Positions 13,417-22,620 of a stretch of DNA of 64,000 bases are shown here, one piece after another (the first letter of the stretch is position 1; every line of letters starts with the position of its first letter). The position numbers and the translations under genes were made by a program. This DNA is from Myxococcales bacterium. GTDB lineage: Bacteria; Myxococcota_A; Polyangia; Polyangiales; DASUME01. The notes beneath the pieces are model-generated. The model saw only the letters and a program-made list of their open reading frames with translations. It did not search any database and was not told where the DNA came from. The stretch spans positions 1-64,000 of the forward strand of contig JASGJH010000001.1 of NCBI GenBank assembly GCA_047601445.1, read 5' to 3'.

Positions 13417-14421
13417 ATGTCCGAATTTCGCCAAGATCCGCTTTCTCGCCGCTGGGTCATCATCGGCAATGAACGCGCTGGCCGGCCGAATGAATTTGTG
13501 GAGGCTGCGACTAGGGCCACTGGAGTGCAGTGCCCGTTTTGCATCGGTCACGAAGCCGAAACGCCGCCAGCCATCGCCACCTATGCCGCCAATGGTAAAA
13601 AGGAAAACTGGCTCGTCCGGGTCGTGCCGAATAAGTTTCCTGCTGTGCAGACCGACGCCAAGCTTTGCCCAACCTGTCAGCCGCTTGCGCCGCTGGCCGA
13701 CCGGAAAGATGCCCCTGGCTTTGGCCGACATGAAGTCATCGTCGAATCGCCGCGGCACGTCGCCAGCCTCAGCGAGCTGACCGATGCCGAAGCGGCCGCA
13801 GTCTTTGCCGCCTATCGTGATCGGCTGATTCAACTCAAAGCCGAGGGTTCGTTTCGTTATGTGCAAATCTTCAAAAACGTCGGCCCGGCTGCGGGGGCAT
13901 CGCTAGAGCATGTGCATAGCCAGTTGATGGCACTCCCCGGCGTGCCGGAGGTGGTCGAGCAAGAGCTGCAAGCCAGCGGCGATTTTTTTCGTGAGCAGCA
14001 GCGGTCGCTTCTGCTCGACATGGTGGAGAAGGAACGAGCCGCCGGCGATCGGATTGTCGCTGAGACCGAGCACTTTGTCGCCTTCTGTCCGTACGCCAGC
14101 CGGTTTGCTTACGAAGTGTGGATCGCGCCGCGAGCGCACCGACCCCGATTTGAAGATACGGAAACTGGCGAGCTTAACGAAGTTTCGCGGCTTACACGTG
14201 ACTTGATCGGTCGTATCGAGCGTGCGGTGGGACATGTGGCATATAACTACTTTCTTCACACGCAGCCCTTTGACATGCCAGCATACGACCACTATCACTG
14301 GCATATCGAGATTATTCCGCGTTTGAACAAGGTGGCCGGCTTTGAGTGGAGCACGGGCTGCTTCATCAACCCGTACCCGCCCGAATCGGCCGCCGCACAC
14401 CTGCGTGCCTCTCTCTCCTAG
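13417..14421 (+). CDS. galT: GalT-family hexose-1-phosphate nucleotidyltransferase
   Basis: R..RP, CPFC, NKFP, HEVIVE, GASLEHVHSQ (HxH), HWHIEI.PR, GFE..G..IN..PE. Confidence 0.9.
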   Translation: MSEFRQDPLSRRWVIIGNERAGRPNEFVEAATRATGVQCPFCIGHEAETPPAIATYAANGKKENWLVRVVPNKFPAVQTDAKLCPTCQPLAPLADRKDAPGFGRHEVIVESPRHVASLSELTDAEAAAVFAAYRDRLIQLKAEGSFRYVQIFKNVGPAAGASLEHVHSQLMALPGVPEVVEQELQASGDFFREQQRSLLLDMVEKERAAGDRIVAETEHFVAFCPYASRFAYEVWIAPRAHRPRFEDTETGELNEVSRLTRDLIGRIERAVGHVAYNYFLHTQPFDMPAYDHYHWHIEIIPRLNKVAGFEWSTGCFINPYPPESAAAHLRASLS

Positions 14422-14603
14422 GGCCGCAGAGTTACTAAGGCCGACCGGGGATGGCGGAGCCATCTTGATAGCATCCGATTATCAGCAATAGCGAAACAAC
14501 GCGGTTTATGCCGATAATTCAAACGGCGGTGCGCGGTTTTGCTGCGCGCTGGCGATACCCCAAACAAAAGTAGCGAACTCCAGCTGTCACGTCCGACCCG
14601 ACC

Positions 14604-16850
14604 ATGAATTCGATTCGCCTTTGCCTGGTTTTGCACAACCATCAACCCGTCGGCAACTTTGAAGGGGTTTTTGAACAGGCGTATCGCGATGCCTACCTAC
14701 CGTTTCTCGATGTGTTCGAGCAGTACGACCTGCCGATCGCGTTGCACACCAGCGGCCCGTTGATGGAGTGGCTCGACCAGCACCATCCCGAATATGTCGA
14801 TCGCGTGGCGGGACTGGTGGCCAAGGGGCGAATCGAGATCGTTGGCGGCCCGTTCTACGAACCGATCCTGACGATGATCCCCGCCCGCGATCGCGTTGGG
14901 CAAATTAAGAGCTATACCGATTGGCTGCAGTCTCGGTTGAACGCGAAGGTGCAAGGCATGTGGATGCCCGAGCGGGTCTGGGAGCAATCGCTCACGGCCG
15001 ACCTCGTCGCTGCCGGCATGAAATACACGGTGCTTGACGACTGCCACTTCAAAAATGCCGGCCTGAACGATGACCAGCTCCACGGTTACTATTTGACCGA
15101 AGACGATGGACGTGTGCTGTCGATCTTTCCGGGCAGCGAGCCGCTACGCTATACGATTCCGTTCCAACAGCCGCATGCCACGATTGATTATTTGCGCGGC
15201 ATTGCCGAAAAGCGGGCCGGCGCGGTGGTTGTGTTCGGCGATGACGGCGAAAAATTCGGCGTCTGGCCCGAGACGAAACAGCACGTCTATGACCACGGCT
15301 GGCTGCGGCAATTTTTTGATGCACTGACGGCCAATCGTGAATGGCTGCACCTCACCACGCTGGCCGAAGCGGTCGAGAACGTGCCGCCGGAAGGCAAGGT
15401 CTATCTGCCCGATGCGTCGTATCGCGAAATGACCGAGTGGGCGCTCCCGGTCAATCAACAGATCGAATACGACCATCTAGTTCACGAGCTAGAGCACGAC
15501 GGCCGCTGGCCACGTATCAAGCGGTTCTTTCAAGGCGGCTTTTGGCGCAACTTCAAGGTGAAATATCCCGAGGCGAACGAAATGTACGCCCGGATGATGA
15601 TGGCCAGCCGGCGCTTGGCAGAAACGGCTGGCGCTACCGCTGGCACGGGTGCCACTGCTGGCTCGCCCAGCAGTGCCCTGAATGCACTCGGTGCGGCTGC
15701 TGGCATGTCAAGCAACGCTCTGGATGCGCTCCACTATGCTCGCCAAGCCCTCTACCGCGGCCAATGCAACTGCCCTTATTGGCACGGCGCGTTCGGCGGC
15801 ATTTATTTGCCTCACCTTCGTAATGCAATTTACAACCAGCTCATTGCTTGCGACAACTTGCTCGACCAAGCCACCGGGTGCTCCGGTGGATACGTCGAAG
15901 CGACCGTCGATGATTACAACTTCGACGCCCGCCCGGAAATTCGCCTGGCGAACGATAAGCTGATCGGCTTGATTGCCCCGGCATCTGGCGGCATGTTGTA
16001 CGAGCTTGATGTGCGGTCGATCTGCCACAACTTGCTCGCCAGCTTGGCTCGCCGGCCCGAGTCGTATCATCGCAAGATTCTGGCTGGCCCCAACAATTCC
16101 AATGGCAACGTGGCGAGCATCCACGACCGCGTCGTCTTCAAACAAGCCGGGCTCGATCAACGGTTGCAGTACGATCGCTATCCGCGCAAGAGCTTGCTTG
16201 ATCACTTCTACGACGCCGGCGTGAATTTACACGCCATCAGCCGGGGCGAAGCGACAGAGCATGGCGACTTCGTGCAAGGCGTTTATGAATCCAAAATCCG
16301 CCGGGCGAGCGATCGCATTCAGGTTCAGCTTTCCCGCCTGGGAAACGTGGCCGGCCGCGAAATCCGAATTACCAAGGGCATCACTGCCGTTGCCGGCAGC
16401 CCCACGCTCGAAATCGCCTACTTGCTGGAAAATTTGCCCACCGATCTGGCCACGCACTTTGCCATCGAACTGAACTTCGCCGGTTTGCCCTCGGGGGCTG
16501 ACGATCGTTACTTCCACGACGGGCAAGGCAACCGCCTCGGCCAACTCGGCCGCCAACTCGACCTGTCCGACGTCCAATCGCTCGGCCTCGTCGATGAATG
16601 GCTGGGCATTGATGTGGGACTGTCGTTCAACCGCCCGACCGGTCTCTGGACCTTCCCCGTCGAAACCGTCAGCCAATCCGAAGGGGGCTTTGAACTCGTT
16701 CACCAATCGGTCGTCGTTCAGCCCCACTGGCTGGTCAAACCCGACGCCTCCGGCCGCTGGTCCGTCACCATTCAGCTCACCGCCAATACCTCTCTCGCTG
16801 AAGAACGCATGCATCATAGTCAGCAGCAACTCGTCGGCAGCGGAGCATAA
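14604..16850 (+). CDS. GH57 4-alpha-glucanotransferase/alpha-amylase (DUF1925/DUF1926)
   Basis: HNHQP, GMWMPERVWE (nucleophile Glu), GDDGEKFG, ASYREM.EW, YWHG.FGG.YLPHLR, VSQSE.GFE. Confidence 0.92.
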   Translation: MNSIRLCLVLHNHQPVGNFEGVFEQAYRDAYLPFLDVFEQYDLPIALHTSGPLMEWLDQHHPEYVDRVAGLVAKGRIEIVGGPFYEPILTMIPARDRVGQIKSYTDWLQSRLNAKVQGMWMPERVWEQSLTADLVAAGMKYTVLDDCHFKNAGLNDDQLHGYYLTEDDGRVLSIFPGSEPLRYTIPFQQPHATIDYLRGIAEKRAGAVVVFGDDGEKFGVWPETKQHVYDHGWLRQFFDALTANREWLHLTTLAEAVENVPPEGKVYLPDASYREMTEWALPVNQQIEYDHLVHELEHDGRWPRIKRFFQGGFWRNFKVKYPEANEMYARMMMASRRLAETAGATAGTGATAGSPSSALNALGAAAGMSSNALDALHYARQALYRGQCNCPYWHGAFGGIYLPHLRNAIYNQLIACDNLLDQATGCSGGYVEATVDDYNFDARPEIRLANDKLIGLIAPASGGMLYELDVRSICHNLLASLARRPESYHRKILAGPNNSNGNVASIHDRVVFKQAGLDQRLQYDRYPRKSLLDHFYDAGVNLHAISRGEATEHGDFVQGVYESKIRRASDRIQVQLSRLGNVAGREIRITKGITAVAGSPTLEIAYLLENLPTDLATHFAIELNFAGLPSGADDRYFHDGQGNRLGQLGRQLDLSDVQSLGLVDEWLGIDVGLSFNRPTGLWTFPVETVSQSEGGFELVHQSVVVQPHWLVKPDASGRWSVTIQLTANTSLAEERMHHSQQQLVGSGA

Positions 16851-16866
16851 TAACCAAGCGGGGGAT

Positions 16867-18270
16867 TCAATCCTCCTTGGTTTCTCCTTTCACATATTCC
16901 TTGGGCAACGTAGCTGTCCAAGCAGTGAGTTTGTCGCTGAGCGCTTTGACGATGTCTGGTTTCTCGGCAGCCAAGTTTCGTGTTTCACCGGGGTCAGCGA
17001 TAATGTCGTAGAGTTCGACTTCGCCACGGCGGCGGTTGGAACCGTGTAGCTTCCATTGACCATCGCGAATGGCCGGATCGCTGTTAGCAGCACTTGTTTT
17101 CCAGAGCAGCGGTTTGGTACGAACGTGCGTCTTGCCGAGCCAACTGGCAGAAACGTCTTCGCCATCGAAATCTGCGGCTTTGATTTTGATGCCGCTAATC
17201 TTGCACAGCGTGGGCAACCAATCGATGCCGCTGATCACGGATTTTTCATCGGTGCGATTCGCAGGCACGTGCCCTGGCCAGCGAATGATGAAGGGGACTC
17301 GCACACCCCCTTCATACTGCCGATGCTTGCCGCCGCGCAAGTCGCCGGCATAGCCCAACATGTTCAGCCGCAGTTCGGCTCGCTCGCCGGTCTTGTCCCC
17401 CTTGTCCCTCGCTGGGCGTTCCACCCCTGGCGGTCCTTGATCGCTGCTGAAAACGACGATGGTGTTATCGCGCAAGCCAAGTTCATCGAGCTTGACCAAC
17501 AATCGGCCGATGTCTTGATCGAGCGAATAAACATCACCGAGATACCGCCGCATGGAGGCATCGACATCGCCCCCGGCTTGGCGGCACTGGGCGAGCTTCT
17601 CGCGCATGAACGGCGAAAAGTCTTCGTCCTTTACCTTGAGCGACTGAAACTCATCGACGAAGCGTTGTGCAGGATTGACCGGAAAATGCGTAATGTGGCT
17701 CCAGACGTTGACATAAAACGGCGAGTCTTTGTTGCTCTCGATGAAGTCGATCACATCGTCATAAATATGAGCATCGCACCGGCAAATTCGCGTTGCTGTC
17801 GCTTTACGCGGTGCATCTCTTCGGGAGCATCGGCTGCTCCAATCGAATCGATACCATACGTTCCGTTGGATAATTCCGGGCCAATGTGCCATTTGCCAAA
17901 ATGTCCTGTGCGATAACCGGCTTGCTTGAGCAACTGCGTGATCGTTACTCGCTCCGCAAAGCCGCCGACTGCAGGATATGTGGGATAAGTCGCCGGAAAC
18001 TTGCTCGTCATCAACCCCGTGCGCGCTGGGCAGCAGGTGACGCCGGTCGAATAAAACTGGCGAAAACGAGTTCCCTCGCTTGCCAGCCGGTCGAGGTTGA
18101 GAGTGCGGGCATAAGGATGCCCGTAGCAATGCAAATCCGCGTAGCCGAAATCATCGGCCAGTATGAATACAACGTTGGGGCGAGCCTCTTTGCCGCTGGC
18201 CGCTGGAGTTAGAGGCCAGCCAAGCACGAGAAATAGCAGGGCCAAGAAAAACCGGAATGCGTCGCCCCAT
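16867..18270 (-). CDS. Sulfatase, frameshifted
   Basis: RPNVVFILADDFGYAD, CCPARTGLMT, GKWHIG, SDQGP, YEGGVRVP. Confidence 0.9.
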
Positions 18271-18292
18271 GAGATGACTCCGAGGAATATTG

Positions 18293-19132
18293 CTACGGCT
18301 GTGGCGGACCACCTCGGCCGCCACGTCCCGGCCCCATCGATTCCGCCATCTTAGCAAGCTCTTCTTTGCTTAGCTTGCCATCTTTGTCGGCATCGAATTC
18401 CATCGCGCGATCAATGAACGCTTGCGGATTCGGCGGACCGAAGCCCCCCTGCCCTTGTCCCGGACCACCACGACCAGGGCCACCTCCAAACTGCCCACCA
18501 CCGGGACCACCACGCCCCCCTTCGCCGCCTGGCCCGCCACCGCCGGGGCCGCCGCCACCAGGACCACCTCGCCCACCACCACCGCCGGCTGCTTGCCGCT
18601 GGGCCATCTTCGTCAACTCATCCTTGGTCACCACGCCATCGTTATCGGCATCGCCCCGTGCCAAAAAACCTTGCAGCCGTTCGGGAACTTCGTCCTTCGT
18701 AAGTTTGCCGTCTTTATTCGCATCGAGCGTCAGGTAGCGAGCAACAATCTCCTCTACATTCGGAGCCGGCCCGCCCCCAGCCCCTTCACCAGGACCACCA
18801 CGTTCTCCTGGCGGTCCGCCAAATCCACCACCAGGACCACCACGTCCTCCTCCCTGCCCTCCTCCGAACATCGGCGGCCGCAGTTCATCGTCCGTTAGCT
18901 TGCCATCGTTATTGCGGTCGAGCGATTTGAGCGAAGCGGTCGCTTTCTCTAGCTCGGCTGTAGAAATCTCACCGTCGCTATCAGTATCGAGTGCGCGGAC
19001 GAGTGGATTCATTCCTCGGCCGCCGCCAGGACCGCCCGGACCGCCGGGGCCTCCTGGTGGTTGGGCGTTGGCGGTGAAAGTAAGAATGCCAAGGGCGGCG
19101 AAAGCGATCAGGAATGGGGAAGTGTATTTCAT
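18293..19132 (-). CDS. Secreted Gly/Pro-rich EF-hand protein
   Basis: Signal peptide; five EF-hand loops (DTDSDGEISTAE, DRNNDGKLTDDE, DANKDGKLTKDE, DADNDGVVTKDE, DADKDGKLSKEE). Confidence 0.88.
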   Translation of the reverse strand: MKYTSPFLIAFAALGILTFTANAQPPGGPGGPGGPGGGRGMNPLVRALDTDSDGEISTAELEKATASLKSLDRNNDGKLTDDELRPPMFGGGQGGGRGGPGGGFGGPPGERGGPGEGAGGGPAPNVEEIVARYLTLDANKDGKLTKDEVPERLQGFLARGDADNDGVVTKDELTKMAQRQAAGGGGGRGGPGGGGPGGGGPGGEGGRGGPGGGQFGGGPGRGGPGQGQGGFGPPNPQAFIDRAMEFDADKDGKLSKEELAKMAESMGPGRGGRGGPPQP

Positions 19133-19210
19133 GGATGGAAGTGTCCTGTGGTTACTGAATGAAATGGTAGTTGTGAGTCAGAATTAGTTGTATGACAGAG
19201 AAGGTTCTAT

Positions 19211-19234
19211 GGCAGACAAGAATGCCTGCCCCAC
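19211..19234. repeat. Single REP-like palindrome
   Basis: GGCAGACA-AGAA-TGCCTGCC-CCAC hairpin directly after the dioxygenase stop codon. Confidence 0.5.
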
Positions 19235-19948
19235 TTACCTGCCGCGTTCGGAGGGGCCGATGCCACCACGGACGGCGCCTTCGGCTGATTCATCGAAGGT
19301 GCGGCCGATCACGATGTCAAAATTCGCCGTGAGCTCGCCGATCTTGGAATCACGCAGCGGCTTGAAATCGACCAGGATCGTTTCGAGGGCGAGTGGATCG
19401 CGCACGCCGCGCACTACCCCGTCGCCATCGTTCTGCGGATGGCCGTTGATCAGCATCTGCGTGGTGAGAATCCGCCGGCCGTTGCGGCTGACGGCCATAT
19501 GGATGTGCGGCGTGCGTCCGGGGTACTGAACGGGTTTGATCGTGCGGAAATAATACTGCCCCTTGGAGTCGGTCATGAAGCGGCCGTAGCCCTGAAAATT
19601 CTTGTCGTTGCGGCCGGAACTGGCATCAGCCGAGTGAATGTAATGACCGTTGTGATCGACTTGCCAAATTTCGATGATCGCGTTGCGAATTGCCTGCCCC
19701 GTCGCACCCAAGATGCGGCCGGTTAAATGCGTGATCTCACCGACCGCGGGCGTGATCGAGTCGTTGATCACTAGCAGGTCGTTGTCCGTATCGAGCGGCA
19801 GCTTGTCGGGATAGAACGGCCCTTCGGTCACGCGCGGCGTGGCGATGAGTTCTTCAGCGAAGAGCCCAGGTGTGTAGAACGCCGCAGCACTCACAGCCAT
19901 TCCTTGCACAAAATGCCGCCGGGAAAGATGAGGCCCAGGATGAGACAT
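19235..19948 (-). CDS. Tat-exported intradiol ring-cleavage dioxygenase-like protein
   Basis: SRRHF Tat motif, [32 protein letters not shown] (Tyr/Tyr/His/His iron ligands). Confidence 0.88.
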   Translation of the reverse strand: MSHPGPHLSRRHFVQGMAVSAAAFYTPGLFAEELIATPRVTEGPFYPDKLPLDTDNDLLVINDSITPAVGEITHLTGRILGATGQAIRNAIIEIWQVDHNGHYIHSADASSGRNDKNFQGYGRFMTDSKGQYYFRTIKPVQYPGRTPHIHMAVSRNGRRILTTQMLINGHPQNDGDGVVRGVRDPLALETILVDFKPLRDSKIGELTANFDIVIGRTFDESAEGAVRGGIGPSERGR

Positions 19949-20178
19949 AGGTTTCCTTTCAAGAGAAGAGCGGGCAACCGATTTACCTGTCACACTGAAC
20001 ACCGCGGCTGCCGCGTAGTGGCGACAACTCGCCCAGAAAAAGTGAGATAACTTCAGACGCCCTTTACACTTAAGTCACTCATCAAACGAAAACGCAGAGC
20101 CACAACGAGGCAGTGACTCGAGGCATGACGAATGTTCCGCCTCATCGAGTCTGTGCGTCGTTGCGACTCTGCGTAGTT

Positions 20179-20310
20179 CGTAGGGTGTGTGAAGCAAGTT
20201 GCAATGTCCTGGTGCGTTACGCAGGCCAAGCAACTGACAATGGACAAATGCTCTTAATTATCCACGCTTGCTGAACACACCTCATCTTTTTGTGCTTCAC
20301 ACACCCTACG
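20179..20310. repeat. REPIN-like element (GTAG-type)
   Basis: Perfect 18-bp inverted repeat CGTAGGGTGTGTGAAGCA (20179-20196) and TGCTTCACACACCCTACG (20293-20310). Confidence 0.75.
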
Positions 20311-20330
20311 TCTCTATTGTGACGTTGGGT

Positions 20331-21662
20331 TTAGTGCTTCTTCAGCGTTGCGAGTCCCGCGGAAAATTCCGTCAAGCTCAACATGCCGCTCGTGTCAGTG
20401 TCCCACGCGGCAAAGATCTCGTCGGCGGGAACTTTCGATGACGGCGATACGAACGTCGCAAACTCGGTTTCTGTCAGCGAGCCGTCGGCATCCGCATCGA
20501 GCTTGGTGAACAAGGCGCTCGGTGAGGGAGGAGCAACCGGCGGGCCGCCTTGACGACCGCCACCGGGGCCGCCGCCGTTCGGACCACCGCCAGGTTGAGG
20601 TCCGCCTTGTTCTGGGCTACCGTGTTCAGGCCCACCATGATCGTCGCCACCAGCGGGCTTGGTGAAGAGCACGGCGAATTCATCCAGGCTCAAGCTGCCG
20701 CTGGTATCCGTATCGAGTTTGGCAAACACGTCTGCTGCCGTAGCTTGCGCATCTTTCGGCGCGGGAAGTGTCGAAAATTCATCGAGTGAGAGCGATCCGT
20801 CCGCGTTCGCGTCGAGCTTGGTGAACAATTCCGTCGGTGTCAGCGGCGCGGGATGATCGGTGTTATCGGAATCACCGTCCGTGTCGCCGCTATCGTCGGT
20901 ATCGCCACCATCTGCTCCATGTCCTGGGGGCGGCGGCGTGAGCGTCGAGTCGCTATTGATGACTTGCAAGCAATACTCGCCCGTCACACCGCTGCCGCCG
21001 GAAACGACCACAAAGTAAGAGGTGCCCGCTTCCACGGTTGCACTAGTAGCGGCCGGATGATGTGCCGTGGCGTCGGCGGTCGAAGCAGTGGCCAGCACAT
21101 CGCCGTTGGCATTGACGATAGAAACCGTCATGTCGCCGCTAACGCGAGTGAACAAAGCCACATTGAGCGTGGCCGCTGTGGCGGTGACTTGAAACACATC
21201 GACATCGCCGTCAGCATTTAGCTCCGCGTTCACGCGGGCGAAGCCGTTGGTTAGCGTCAGAGCCGGCACATCGGCCCCGATTTTGTCCGGCTGCTGGTCC
21301 TCGGTCGGCAGATCATCGGTGTCGGTTTCGTCCGAATCCGTCCCACTATTCAGGGCGTTGATCACCAGCAGCGGGTCAGCCGGCGAAAGATAACCATCGC
21401 CATTAGCATCCACATAACTGCTGGTAGAGCCGCTGGCGGTTGGTGCTACCAGTTTGCCCGAAAGCTGCCCAGACACCCCTGAATTGAGCGAGTTGATCGC
21501 CAACAAGGCATCTGCCGGACTGACGGTGCCGTCATCGTTTAAGTCATTGCAGGACATGGGGTTCTGCCATGGACTGCCGCTCAACATGCTGCGCGATTCG
21601 AGAAATTCATGCCCAAGCACCCGCTTCGTCCACCCCCGGCCTTTTGTGTTTTTCTTGCTCAT
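20331..21662 (-). CDS. Planctomycete extracellular protein with dockerin-I and EF-hand domains
   Basis: LESRSML export motif; two dockerin repeats (DLNDDGTVSPADALLAINSLN, DANGDGYLSPADPLLVINALN); PPC-like DVDVF domain; four EF-hands. Confidence 0.85.
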   Translation of the reverse strand: MSKKNTKGRGWTKRVLGHEFLESRSMLSGSPWQNPMSCNDLNDDGTVSPADALLAINSLNSGVSGQLSGKLVAPTASGSTSSYVDANGDGYLSPADPLLVINALNSGTDSDETDTDDLPTEDQQPDKIGADVPALTLTNGFARVNAELNADGDVDVFQVTATAATLNVALFTRVSGDMTVSIVNANGDVLATASTADATAHHPAATSATVEAGTSYFVVVSGGSGVTGEYCLQVINSDSTLTPPPPGHGADGGDTDDSGDTDGDSDNTDHPAPLTPTELFTKLDANADGSLSLDEFSTLPAPKDAQATAADVFAKLDTDTSGSLSLDEFAVLFTKPAGGDDHGGPEHGSPEQGGPQPGGGPNGGGPGGGRQGGPPVAPPSPSALFTKLDADADGSLTETEFATFVSPSSKVPADEIFAAWDTDTSGMLSLTEFSAGLATLKKH

Positions 21663-21991
21663 TTGTGCCTCCTCCCAGTTCCCCAGATGAAATTCTTCTT
21701 CGTTTCGCCCCCGGCAACTTATTAGCTGCCTACTGCCTGAGTCACATTCGGGGCCAAGAACCACCGCCAAAATTTGTTTTGCCGCAGAATTTTTGAAAAA
21801 TTTTCGGAACCTTCTGTGGCGAGCTAACAAACCAGCTGCTGGCGAAGATTGGAAGTCACGAACATTACGATTCGTCTGCCGGCCAGAATCCTAGAACATA
21901 ACACCGACTTTTTGCTGCCCATTCGTACTTGCATGCTGGCCGCGCCGCGTAATATAGAGCGATCCGACAGCACGCTCGTGAAAGGCCCTTT

Positions 21992-22614
21992 GTGACCGGC
22001 AAAGAAGAACAAGTCGAAAGCACATCTAACCAATTGCTCGACCGGGCTCGCAGTGGCGATGGCGCAGCGCGCTCGGCCGTTTGCTCGAACAATATCGTCA
22101 TTACCTGACGCTCCTGGCTCGCACGCAAATTGGTCGCCGCTTGCAAGGTAAAGCCGATGCTTCGGACCTGGTGCAAGAAGCGTTTTTGCAAGCCCATCAG
22201 CACATCGGCGGTTTTCGCGGCACGAGCGAAGCGGAGTGGGTGGTATGGCTGCGGCGCATTTTGGCGGCGGTCGTCGCCAATCACGTGCGGCATTATTTAG
22301 GCACCCAGCAGCGCGATGCGAGACTGGAGCAAGCGTTAGCGGTGGAACTCGACGACACCTCGGGCGTCCTCCAAATGGGGTTGATCGCCAACCACAGCAC
22401 GCCGAGTCGTCTCGTCGCAAAGGGCGAGGCATTGCTCGAATTGGCGCAGGCGCTGGAGCAGTTGCCCGACGACTATCGGCAGGTCATCATGCTCAGGCAT
22501 CTTGAAGGACTGCCATTCGCCACCGTGGCCGAACGAATGGGGCGCACGGTTGCCAGCGTGCAAAACCTCTGGGTACGAGCCTTAAGCCGGCTGAAACGAT
22601 CGGTGGGAGAATAA
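21992..22614 (+). CDS. ECF sigma-70 factor (planctomycete kinase-associated type), frameshift near the 5' end
   Basis: GD..ALG.LLE.YR.YL, DASDLVQEAFL, WLRRIL, STPS, LP.DYR.VI.LRHLEGL, RAL.RL. Confidence 0.92.
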
Positions 22615-22620
22615 ACAGTC

